From positions 30,381 to 94,380 of the forward strand of contig CAVUXO010000025.1 in assembly GCA_963745515.1 (NCBI GenBank): 64,000 nt of DNA. Direction: 5' to 3'. The notes under the pieces were generated by a model that saw only the letters and a list, made by a program, of their open reading frames with translations, had not been told where the DNA came from and did no database searches. Positions 20,348 through 28,668 of the stretch are shown here, one piece after another. This DNA comes from an uncultured Alphaproteobacteria bacterium (lineage in GTDB: Bacteria > Pseudomonadota > Alphaproteobacteria > Rhizobiales > Xanthobacteraceae). The translations under genes were made by a program, and so were the position numbers. The stretch's first letter is position 1. Every line of letters starts with the position of its first letter.

Positions 20348-22201
20348 ATGAGCGCTTTCTTGGCCTGTCAGGTGCTTTGGGCCTCCACGGCAGTCGCAGT
20401 CAGCGAAGACATCAAGAGCACGCTGACTGTTCTGACGGCTGACCGGCGCACGTCATGGAACCCCGGGATGATGGCGGCGGGCGGGGTTCCGGAACGGACG
20501 ACGATATGCGCCAGAGTGGATGCGTCCACCTACGGTAACGGATCGATGGAATCCTCCACGGGGATACAGGCGGCCATCAACAGTTGTCCGGCAGATCAAG
20601 TGGTCCAGCTCTCGGCTGGTACATTCCTCGCGAACAAGCACGTAATGATCGCAAAAGGGATCACTCTGCGCGGTGCGGGAGCCGGTGTGACGATCCTGCG
20701 CAAGGCGAACGGGGCAAAGATGAACCTGGAGTACCCACCCAACTCGGACCCGAACATCATTATCGCTCCGAACCGCTGGCCAGGGCCGGACAACGGCACG
20801 TCGCGAAACCTGACCGCCGATGGAGCCAAGGGCGCCTACTCGGTGACGGTGGCAAACGCGAGCGGATTTGTGGCAGGGCAGATAGTCTTGCTGGATGAGT
20901 TGTCCGGAGCGTCCTGGCAACCCGACCGGCTCGGCCGTGGGCAGATCTGGGCGTCTCCTGACTATCGGGTGGTGTGGCAGCTCCATAATCCTCGTCAGCG
21001 TTCTGACGACCCGTTGGTGGCCTCGAACCCCACAGGTGGCCCCGCCGCGAGCTGGTTTTCCCGGACGGGCCGGGTGATCACCGAGATGAAGGAAGTTGCC
21101 TCGGTGAGCGGAAACACGATCACCTTCACCACGCCGTTGCACATCAGCTACCGCGCTTCACTTGCTGCCCAGCTCACCCGATATGCCGGGATCAACGCGC
21201 ATGTGAAGAACGCCGGCGTGGAAGATCTCACGGTGATCGGCGGCTCGAACGGTGCCATTCACTTCGATGCCGCCGCCTATTCCTGGGCAAAGGGGGTGGA
21301 GGTCACGGTCTGGCATGGAGCGGGGGTCACGGTGAACAACGCGTTCCGCGTCGAGGTCCGGGACTCCTACGTTCATGACGCGGCCTGGGCGCAGCCCGGG
21401 GGGGCAGGCTACGCGATCAGCTTGGCCAAGGGATCAGCGGAGGTGCTCTTCGAGAACAACATCATCATGGCAGCAAACAAGGTCATGGTGGCGCGCAGCT
21501 CGGGAGCAGGCTCCGTTTTCGGCTACAACTACGTTGACAACGGATACATCAATACCACTGAGAGCTGGATCGAGGTCGGACTCAACGCCTCGCATATGGT
21601 CGGACCCCATCATGTCCTTTTCGAAGGCAACTACGGCTTCAACTGGGATTCCGATCTTACTCACGGCAATGCCATTTATCACACCGCCTTCCGCAATCAT
21701 TTGAGGTGCATTCGCAGCCCCTTCATCAACCCGCTCAGCGGAAGAAAGATCGATGACGCGACGCAGACCAGGAACGGGCCGAAGCGGTGCATCGGGTCGA
21801 CCGCCTACTCCTATTGGATGAGCTTTATTGGAAATGTGCTCGGGGCCTCGGGCCAGATGAGTGGCTGGACCTACGACGTCACTGGCCCTAAGGGCACGGC
21901 AACCCCTGCCATTTGGCTGCTCGGCTGGGACGATCAAAGTCCCCAGCCCTACGATCCGGCGACCGCCGCGACGACCGTCCGGCATGGCAATTTCGACTAT
22001 CTCACCAACACGGTCCACTGGGATCCGAACTCTGCCGATCACGCGCTCCCGGACTCGCTTTATCTCTCCAGGAAGCCCGACTTCTTTAACGCGGGCAGTG
22101 GTTACACTTGGCCGTGGGTCGATCCGGTCGGCAACACGAAGCTCTACACGCTGCCCGCCAAGGCGCGATATGATGCAGGCACTCCGTTCGTGCAGCCGTG
22201 A
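20348..22201 (+). CDS. Secreted right-handed beta-helix (pectate-lyase-fold) protein, probable polysaccharide lyase/hydrolase
   Basis: Short signal-like N-terminus MSAFLACQVLWASTAVAV. The cap IQAAINSCPADQVVQLSAGTF...ITLRGAGAGVTIL is typical of pectin-lyase-fold enzymes, followed by repeated G-x-N/A-V turns. The 5' extension to 20090 looks non-coding. Confidence 0.6.
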   Translation: MSAFLACQVLWASTAVAVSEDIKSTLTVLTADRRTSWNPGMMAAGGVPERTTICARVDASTYGNGSMESSTGIQAAINSCPADQVVQLSAGTFLANKHVMIAKGITLRGAGAGVTILRKANGAKMNLEYPPNSDPNIIIAPNRWPGPDNGTSRNLTADGAKGAYSVTVANASGFVAGQIVLLDELSGASWQPDRLGRGQIWASPDYRVVWQLHNPRQRSDDPLVASNPTGGPAASWFSRTGRVITEMKEVASVSGNTITFTTPLHISYRASLAAQLTRYAGINAHVKNAGVEDLTVIGGSNGAIHFDAAAYSWAKGVEVTVWHGAGVTVNNAFRVEVRDSYVHDAAWAQPGGAGYAISLAKGSAEVLFENNIIMAANKVMVARSSGAGSVFGYNYVDNGYINTTESWIEVGLNASHMVGPHHVLFEGNYGFNWDSDLTHGNAIYHTAFRNHLRCIRSPFINPLSGRKIDDATQTRNGPKRCIGSTAYSYWMSFIGNVLGASGQMSGWTYDVTGPKGTATPAIWLLGWDDQSPQPYDPATAATTVRHGNFDYLTNTVHWDPNSADHALPDSLYLSRKPDFFNAGSGYTWPWVDPVGNTKLYTLPAKARYDAGTPFVQP

Positions 22202-22202
22202 G

Positions 22203-22739
22203 CGGACGTTGCGGCGAGTAAAGCCTCTAGCTTCGGAAATTCAGGGCAATGAGCCGCGAAGCCGGCGGCCCCAGTTCGGGTGGCCAAGTCGCTACGAGGT
22301 CAAGTTGCCCTGAAGGCCAATTTACCTGACTTTTCCCAGGGTAAATAATGACGGCTCGAGAAGGGGCCGGGGACGGTCCAGGCATGCCATTCGAACTATG
22401 GGTTCCCCAAAAGAAACCACTACCATGTAACCACCGCAATGCCGACAGTAATGCGTATGTCGAATGCTCGACCCTACTATGTAACCTCCGATCTCAACAC
22501 TTGTATAGTTCTGGACGTCTGGCGGCTTTAATCTTACAATCTTACGTTGATAACTTTGGACGGCAGTGTCATAAAGCGTAAATATTAATGATCTATTGAT
22601 CCTGAGCGAGTCATTTGGGTAGAATTGTATATAGAAGGCATGAGAGCACCGCTCGGCATCGCAGTGCCTGATGTATGGAGTGCTATTCCACCCGCTGGTC
22701 CTGCGTTTCAGTTGGTAGTTGCGTATTTGGTGTTGCGTT
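22203..22739. promoter_or_regulatory. Long, visibly AT-richer leader/promoter region upstream of the priming glycosyltransferase
   Basis: About 540 nt without a credible ORF. Composition drops markedly around 22430-22720 relative to the flanking coding DNA. Confidence 0.3.
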
Positions 22740-24203
22740 ATGGTACCTCCGGAAGCCATTGCTGCTGACCGCATTGGCACAAACTCATCGATAAGAGCGC
22801 GCCGAGTTCCGTCTTGGCCGATCTCCTATACATCGATCGAAATCACTGTCTGTGTCCTCGACATCCTGTTCATCGTTGCCGCGAGCGTCGCGGGGGGCGC
22901 GATCTATAGCCGCTTGTTTCATCTCAACGACATCGAGCTCAGCCGGCACATCGCGACTGCTGCTGTCGTCTGCGCAGTCTTCGTGCCGCTGTTCCGTAAC
23001 CGTGGCCTCTATGACCCAAGTGCGCTGGTGAATTGGGGTCTGCAGGCGCGCAAGATCGTCGTTCTGTGGATCACCACGCTGCTCATTTTTGCGAGCGCGA
23101 CATTCGCGCTCAAGATCGGTCCGGATTTTTCCCGCGGTGCCGTGATCACGTTTGGTGTCGTCGGGCTTGTAGGGCTGCTCGCTCACCATGCGTTCTGGCG
23201 CGCGGTCATCGAAAAGGGCCTTCGTACCGGCAATCTTCGAGGTCGCGAGAGCATCCTGTTGTGCATGGACGATGGTCCCGAACGAATCGCATTTGCGCAA
23301 AATCACGCGCGCGATCTCGAGCGCCACGGTTTCAAAATCGAGAACGTCTTTTTTCTCACCGCTGACCTTTCGGCAGAAGAATTGGTCGAGCGGGCCATCT
23401 CATTTGCGCGCGGGTCCGAGATCAAGGAAATCTTCGTGGCGGCCGACCTGCAGCGCTGGTCGACGATCCGTGATCTGATCCAACGTCTTTGCGACCTGCC
23501 GCTCCCGCTGACGCTCCTGCCCGACGAGAACATTGCGACTTTGTTCCGACGCACGTCGCGGCGGTTCGGCTCGACGGTGGGGATCGAGTTTCAGCGGGCG
23601 CCTCTCAGCATTGCCGAACGGATCGCAAAACGGATCTTGGACCTGGTGATCACCATCGGAAGCATTGTGCTGCTGGCGCCGATGTTTCTCATCATTGCAC
23701 TCGCGATCAGGCTCGACTCGCCGGGGCCTGCGCTCTTCATGCAAACGAGACACGGCTTCAACAGCAAGAAATTCAAGATCTTCAAGTTCCGCACCATGAC
23801 CGTTCTCGACGATGGTGCCGCAATCAAGCAAGCCGTGCGCGGCGACGCCCGCATCACGCGGATTGGCGCATGGTTGCGCAAGACGAGCATCGATGAGCTG
23901 CCGCAACTCTTCAATGTGCTGAAGGGTGAGATGTCGATTGTGGGACCGCGCCCGCACGCGGCGGCCCATGACGACCATTACTCCGAGCTGATCAGCTGCT
24001 ACGCCTTCCGCCACCACATGAAGCCGGGCATTACCGGCTGGGCGCAGGCTAACGGTTATCGCGGCGAGACGCCGACACTGGAATGCATGAAAGAACGCGT
24101 CGAACACGACATCTGGTACGTGGACAACTGGAACCTTCTGCTCGACGTCAAGATCATTTTTCGAACGGCACTAGAGCTGTTCCGAAGTCGCAATGCTTAC
24201 TAG
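22740..24203 (+). CDS. Undecaprenyl-phosphate hexose-1-phosphate transferase (WbaP/ExoY-type priming polyprenyl glycosylphosphotransferase)
   Basis: N-terminal TM bundle plus C-terminal bacterial sugar transferase domain: KRILDLVITIGSIVLLAPMFLIIALAIRLDSPGPALF, KFRTM, DELPQLFNVLKGEMSIVGPRPH, PGITGWAQ. Start uncertain (22719/22740). Confidence 0.9.
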   Translation: MVPPEAIAADRIGTNSSIRARRVPSWPISYTSIEITVCVLDILFIVAASVAGGAIYSRLFHLNDIELSRHIATAAVVCAVFVPLFRNRGLYDPSALVNWGLQARKIVVLWITTLLIFASATFALKIGPDFSRGAVITFGVVGLVGLLAHHAFWRAVIEKGLRTGNLRGRESILLCMDDGPERIAFAQNHARDLERHGFKIENVFFLTADLSAEELVERAISFARGSEIKEIFVAADLQRWSTIRDLIQRLCDLPLPLTLLPDENIATLFRRTSRRFGSTVGIEFQRAPLSIAERIAKRILDLVITIGSIVLLAPMFLIIALAIRLDSPGPALFMQTRHGFNSKKFKIFKFRTMTVLDDGAAIKQAVRGDARITRIGAWLRKTSIDELPQLFNVLKGEMSIVGPRPHAAAHDDHYSELISCYAFRHHMKPGITGWAQANGYRGETPTLECMKERVEHDIWYVDNWNLLLDVKIIFRTALELFRSRNAY

Positions 24204-24514
24204 GGGCGCAATAGGGGATCGGCATCGATGAATCGAAGGGAGGATTGATGACCGTGGCGCCACAAGATCGTAAACCGGTGAAGGCCGGCCCTTTGGCACG
24301 GATTGTGCTGCACTTTAAGGCAATGAGGTGCAGCGATGGGCTTACAGCCACAAAACGTGAAGGGCGTGTCTCAAACAGCGACAGTCGACGCCCGCGTCGT
24401 ATCGGTCAGAGACACCCTGGGCTATTCGCGGCTCTCCGGCCGGGCTTTGGGCTCTCTCCTGGCCTCGCTGTGGCCATTGATGGTTATCGCAGTCGCAGCG
24501 TTGTCGTCAGTGCT

Positions 24515-25387
24515 ATGGACAGCGCTCCTGCTTTGGCTGGTCGGCCGCGTCTTCTGGTAACCTCGCCTGTGCCTGCGTCTGACGAGGAGTCAACGAAGCG
24601 TACGGACCGGGCCGAGCTCCTGGGCCTTGCGTTTGACCTCGTGACCATGGACATGGCCGTGGCGCGATGCCTTGACATGTGCCGTGCCCCACGCACCTCT
24701 CACTTGGTTATCACGGCCAATGCCTCCCATCTGTGCATGATGCGCCATGACCCGGAGCTGGCGATGGCCTGCCGCGCAGGCAGCCTCACCGTTGCCGACG
24801 GGATGTCGGTGGTCTGGGCGCTGCGAGCCCTGGGGCAGCCGGTGCCGGAGCGGGTGGCGGGCATCGACCTGATGGCGCGCCTTCTGGCGACGGCCGGGCA
24901 ACATCGGCTACGTGTCTATTTTCTTGGCGCGAAGCGCGAGGTGGTCGAGGCGCTGGCTGAGCATTGCCGGGCCGAATATCCTGGTCTCGAGATCGCCGGC
25001 TTCCGCGATGGCTACTTCGGTCCGGCCGATCACGCGGGGATCGTCGAGGAGATCCGGGCGAGCGGCGCCCACATGCTGTTCGTCGGCATGCCGTCGCCCT
25101 TCAAGGAGACCTGGTGCGAGCGCCACAGCGAGCGCTTGAATGTCCCAGTCATTATGGGTGTGGGCGGCAGCTTTGACGTCTTGGCCGGCTACATCCGGCG
25201 GGCGCCGCGCTGGATGCAGTCGCTGGGCCTCGAGTGGCTCTGGCGGCTGCTGATGGAGCCGCGTAAGCTACTGAAGCGCTATCTGACCACCAACTGCGAG
25301 TTTGTCTGGCTTGCCGGTCGCGAGATTGTCGCGCGGCGCTTTGGGTCTGACGCCGGCCGCCCAGGGCCAGAAGTAAAGTGTGAGTGA
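24515..25387 (+). CDS. WecB/TagA/CpsF-family glycosyltransferase (GT26; ManNAc/ManNAcA transferase-like)
   Basis: Matches GT26 over LLGLAFDLVTMDMAV...VITANASHL...VADGMSVVWA...RVYFLGA...MLFVGMPSPFKETW...VIMGVGGSFDVLAG..APRWMQSLGLEWLWRLLMEPRKLLKRY. The region 5' of the ATG at 24515 is Arg/Pro-rich and unlikely to be coding. Confidence 0.85.
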   Translation: MDSAPALAGRPRLLVTSPVPASDEESTKRTDRAELLGLAFDLVTMDMAVARCLDMCRAPRTSHLVITANASHLCMMRHDPELAMACRAGSLTVADGMSVVWALRALGQPVPERVAGIDLMARLLATAGQHRLRVYFLGAKREVVEALAEHCRAEYPGLEIAGFRDGYFGPADHAGIVEEIRASGAHMLFVGMPSPFKETWCERHSERLNVPVIMGVGGSFDVLAGYIRRAPRWMQSLGLEWLWRLLMEPRKLLKRYLTTNCEFVWLAGREIVARRFGSDAGRPGPEVKCE

Positions 25388-25408
25388 AGTGAGTAGTGTG
25401 AGACGGGC

Positions 25409-26665
25409 ATGACGGCCACGCGTAATATTCTGGTTTTCATGGGCACCCGCCCCGAGGCGGTCAAGCTCGCACCGGTCGTGGCGGCGTTGCGCGGCAGCAG
25501 CGACTTCCGCTGCACCGTGGTGGCCACAGGCCAGCATAAAGAGATGTTCACCCAGGTCGCCGAGACCTTCGGCTTCGCGGTCGACGCCAACCTCGATGTG
25601 ATGCGCCCCAATCAAACTCTGGCGGGCCTCACGGCGCGGCTGATGGAGGGGATCGACAGCTTTCTTGGATCGACGCAGCCCGACATGGCGCTGGTGCAGG
25701 GCGACACCACGACGGTGTTGGTGGCATCGCTTGCCTGCTTCTATCGACGCATCCCCATCGGCCATGTCGAAGCTGGGTTGCGCACGGGCAACATCTGGTC
25801 GCCGTTCCCGGAGGAAGTGAATCGAAAGCTTGCGACACCATTGGTGACGCTTCACTTCGCGCCGACGGCGGCAGCTCGGGATGCTCTCCTGCGCGAGTCG
25901 GTGCCGGAGGACACCATCTCGGTCACCGGGAACACCGTGATCGATGCCTTGCGCATCGAGGTGGCCACGCAGGCGAGAGACGCGACACTACGCGCGCGCA
26001 TTGACGAGGAGCTGAGCCAGCTCCTGGGCGCCGAGTGGGAGCGCACGCCCATGGTCCTCATCACCGGGCATCGCCGTGAGAACTTCGGCGACGGCATCGA
26101 GCAGATCTGCCTCGCGATTGCGACGCTGGCCGAGAGCTTCCCGGACTATCGCTTTGTCTATCCGGTTCACCTCAATCCGAATGTGCTGCTACATGTCAAT
26201 CGGCTGCTCGGCGGGCTGCCCAATGTCACGCTCATTCCTCCGCAAGGCTACCGGAATTTCGTGGCGCTCATGGCGCGTTGCCGGCTGGTGCTGACCGACT
26301 CCGGCGGAGTTCAAGAGGAGGCGCCCTCGCTCGGCAAGCCGGTCCTGGTGATGCGCGACACGACCGAGCGTCCCGAGGGCGTGGCCGCCGGCACCGCGCT
26401 TCTGACCGGCCCGAACGCGTCCCCCATCGTGGCGCATGCCACACGGCTGCTCACGGATGAGGCTGCCTACCGATCAATGGCCACCGCCAGAAATCCTTAC
26501 GGCGACGGCTACGCCGCCGAACGGATCGTTGAGCGGATCTGCCGCTACTTCAATCTGCAGACGGAGCCTTTGGCGCCCTCGGTTTCTCCTTGGCAGTTGG
26601 ACCGCAAGGGAGCCGGAAAGGTCATCGGTGTGCGGGCCCTCGAAGAGCCGACGCCGTCCGTTTGA
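25409..26665 (+). CDS. wecB: UDP-N-acetylglucosamine 2-epimerase (non-hydrolysing)
   Basis: ILVFMGTRPEAVKLAPV, VQGDTTT, HVEAGLRT, PEEVNR, TGNTVIDAL, LTDSGGVQEEAPSLGKPVLVMRDTTERPE, NPYGDG: full-length WecB/MnaA signature set. Confidence 0.95.
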   Translation: MTATRNILVFMGTRPEAVKLAPVVAALRGSSDFRCTVVATGQHKEMFTQVAETFGFAVDANLDVMRPNQTLAGLTARLMEGIDSFLGSTQPDMALVQGDTTTVLVASLACFYRRIPIGHVEAGLRTGNIWSPFPEEVNRKLATPLVTLHFAPTAAARDALLRESVPEDTISVTGNTVIDALRIEVATQARDATLRARIDEELSQLLGAEWERTPMVLITGHRRENFGDGIEQICLAIATLAESFPDYRFVYPVHLNPNVLLHVNRLLGGLPNVTLIPPQGYRNFVALMARCRLVLTDSGGVQEEAPSLGKPVLVMRDTTERPEGVAAGTALLTGPNASPIVAHATRLLTDEAAYRSMATARNPYGDGYAAERIVERICRYFNLQTEPLAPSVSPWQLDRKGAGKVIGVRALEEPTPSV

Positions 26666-26669
26666 TGGG

Positions 26670-26837
26670 CTAGTGATCCGATTCTAACATTCGCATCCCT
26701 TCTCGGCGGGCTCTCTTGCGAATGTTAGAATCAAGGGACCACTAGCAAATATAGGTTTCTAGTGGAGCTTTGGATTTGACATTCGCTTCGCGAGCCCGCG
26801 GCTGGGTGGGTAGCGAATGTCAGATCCGCTCCACTAG
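26670..26837. repeat. Double-palindrome intergenic element, copy 1 (two ~75-nt hairpins, each bounded by CTAGTG...CACTAG); possible bidirectional terminator
   Basis: Hairpin A 26670-26745: the 16-bp inner stem gattctaacattcgca/tgcgaatgttagaatc plus an outer stem ctagtg/cactag. Hairpin B 26759-26837: ctagtggagc...tgacattcgct / agcgaatgtca...gctccactag. Loops 21-24 nt. Lies between convergent wecB and GH9, and the GH9 stop codon (26834-26836) lies inside the terminal CACTAG. Confidence 0.85.
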
Positions 26838-28660
26838 CGCGTTGCGCGCGCGTCCTTGGCCCACTGACGCGCGAAGTAGAGATTGTAGAGCGTGACGGCC
26901 TGCCAATCGATGTCCAGCTCGTTGGTGGACCAGCTGTCATTGTCGGTGTAGCGCCCCTCGAGTGGCGTTGAAGCATCCCTTGGCATAGCGGGATCGCCCC
27001 AGTAGCCCCAGACCGGGATCGGGCGGCCATAGGGCACGGAGATGTCGGCCGGCACCGGCGCCGCCATCGGGCCGCCGGCGACCAGCCCGGGAAACAAGTA
27101 TGGTTTGGCGTCAAGCGTCGCCAGCCAGTGATGAAAGGCATGGCGCCGCCCGCGGGTGACACCGGGCAAGCCGCTCACATAGGCTATCCGCTGATAGTTG
27201 CGGCCGAACGCATGGTGCACATTGGCCAGCACCTGTTCGCAGTCGGCCGCTGCCGCGGCCGGATCGTTGAGACAGAGCTGGGCGCTGAAGCCTCCGGTCC
27301 GGTGGAAGCCCGCAGCGATCGAGCCCCAGAATGTGCGGCCGGCCCACTGGAACGGGTGGCGATCGGCGTCGAGCCGGACTTCCTCGGCACGGCTCTGGAG
27401 CTCTTGACGAATGGCCTGCTGACGCTCCGGATCCGCAGCCGAAGCGCGCAGATACAGGAGCGCCGCAAAGACATTGCTGCGGTAGCCGCTCGCGTCGTTC
27501 TGCAGCGGCTGATAGCTCTCTTCGAAGTCGGCATGAAAGCGGCGCTCGCCTGTTGCCAGCAGCATGCCCGCCGCGGCGTACATGCGCACGCCTTGACCCA
27601 CGCTTGCGTCGCCGTCCTGCCGCATGGCCGGGCAGGTGGGGCCGTCGCTGTGCTCGTCTGGCCGGTCGCGAAGGAAGCGGTAGCCGGCATGGGCCGCGTT
27701 CAGCAGCTGCTCGGCGAAGCCGGCATCGTAGCGGCGATAGATCACCGAGGCGAAAGCCAGCGTCCCCACCGCGCGGCCGGTCGCAATCGTACCCACTTCG
27801 CCGGCGCGATAGGGCGGCATGCGCTCGGGCCAGTTGGTTCCATAGGGGCCGTAATGCTCCTGGCAAGTGGTGTTGCGGAAGCCACCGCTTGGATCCTGCA
27901 TTGACAACAGCCACTCGAGCCCCCACCGCGCCTCGTCCAACAGGTCGGGTACACCATTTCCGGACTCCGGGATGTTGGTGTCGTCGTCCTGCGGTGAGAA
28001 ATCGGCGAAGGCAGAGAGCAGCCAGAACAGCGACGAGTTGGTCGAGGTGCTGTAGATCGAAAAATCACCGGCATCGTGCCAGCCCTTCTTGACGCCGGGC
28101 GGCGCCAGGGGCGCATCGCTGGCGTGGGTCCAGGGGCCTTGTGCATGTTTGGCATCGATCTCCGTGAAGGCTCGCTGGTAGTAAAAGGCGCGCTGTACAG
28201 CACGTACGGCCGGGTCGAATACGTCATGCGCGATGTTGAAGGGGTAACTGGTCGTTCCGTCGTCGGTCACGATGCGGTAGCGGCCAGGAGCCTGGAGAGG
28301 AGTGAAGTCGCCCACCCATACGGCGCGGATGGCACCAAGCGCGTCGGTAGAGATCTCTCTGGTCGGCACTCCCCCCTGGAAGGCCACCTCGCCGGTGGCG
28401 CTTACCACCTGGAAGGACGTGAAGCGCTTCGGCGATGAGAACTGCTTCACCATGGAGGGCCCATAGCCGAGTTGTGATGCCGCCAGCCCGCTGAAGGCCG
28501 GCTCTTCAGGCGCCAGCGCAGTGCGCCGAAGCCAGGCCGGGTAGCCGCGCAGCTGGTTGAGCGCTTGCTTGAGATGTGGCGCGGGGCCAAACGCGAATAC
28601 CAAAGAGATGGCGAGCGCTGCGAACGCTACAGTCAACCCGAGTGCCCAGCGCAACCTCAC
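26834..28660 (-). CDS. Glycoside hydrolase family 9-like endoglucanase with N-terminal TM anchor and Ig-like (CelD_N) domain
   Basis: TM WALGLTVAFAALAISLVFAF. Ig-like module ...VWVGDFTPLQAPGRYRIVTDDGTTSYPFNI. GH9 blocks KKGWHDAGDFSIY, FPGLVAGGP, RYTDNDSWSTNELDIDWQA. The GTG at 28660 avoids overlap with the asnB-like stop at 28669; in-frame alternatives exist at 28699 and 28735. Confidence 0.8.
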   Translation of the reverse strand: MRLRWALGLTVAFAALAISLVFAFGPAPHLKQALNQLRGYPAWLRRTALAPEEPAFSGLAASQLGYGPSMVKQFSSPKRFTSFQVVSATGEVAFQGGVPTREISTDALGAIRAVWVGDFTPLQAPGRYRIVTDDGTTSYPFNIAHDVFDPAVRAVQRAFYYQRAFTEIDAKHAQGPWTHASDAPLAPPGVKKGWHDAGDFSIYSTSTNSSLFWLLSAFADFSPQDDDTNIPESGNGVPDLLDEARWGLEWLLSMQDPSGGFRNTTCQEHYGPYGTNWPERMPPYRAGEVGTIATGRAVGTLAFASVIYRRYDAGFAEQLLNAAHAGYRFLRDRPDEHSDGPTCPAMRQDGDASVGQGVRMYAAAGMLLATGERRFHADFEESYQPLQNDASGYRSNVFAALLYLRASAADPERQQAIRQELQSRAEEVRLDADRHPFQWAGRTFWGSIAAGFHRTGGFSAQLCLNDPAAAAADCEQVLANVHHAFGRNYQRIAYVSGLPGVTRGRRHAFHHWLATLDAKPYLFPGLVAGGPMAAPVPADISVPYGRPIPVWGYWGDPAMPRDASTPLEGRYTDNDSWSTNELDIDWQAVTLYNLYFARQWAKDARATR

Positions 28661-28668
28661 CGATTGCC

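Noticed and set aside
22322-22780. 152-aa minus-strand ORF in the spacer upstream of the priming glycosyltransferase.
   Set aside because: It lies in the AT-richer non-coding stretch, its composition (Cys/His/Tyr/Arg-rich) is unlike the other proteins here, and there is no recognisable motif or RBS. I treated it as a chance ORF within a regulatory leader.
27111-28092. Several long alternative-frame and antisense ORFs (271, 258, 253, 168 and 161 aa) overlapping the GH9 gene.
   Set aside because: They are extremely Arg/Pro/Ala/Gly-rich with no motifs, and they fully overlap an ORF with clear GH9 homology. This is the typical high-GC 'shadow ORF' artefact. The same applies to 61477..62523 (inside ugd), 32311..33321, 23400..24107, 47003..48312, 25268..25855 and 20453..21142.
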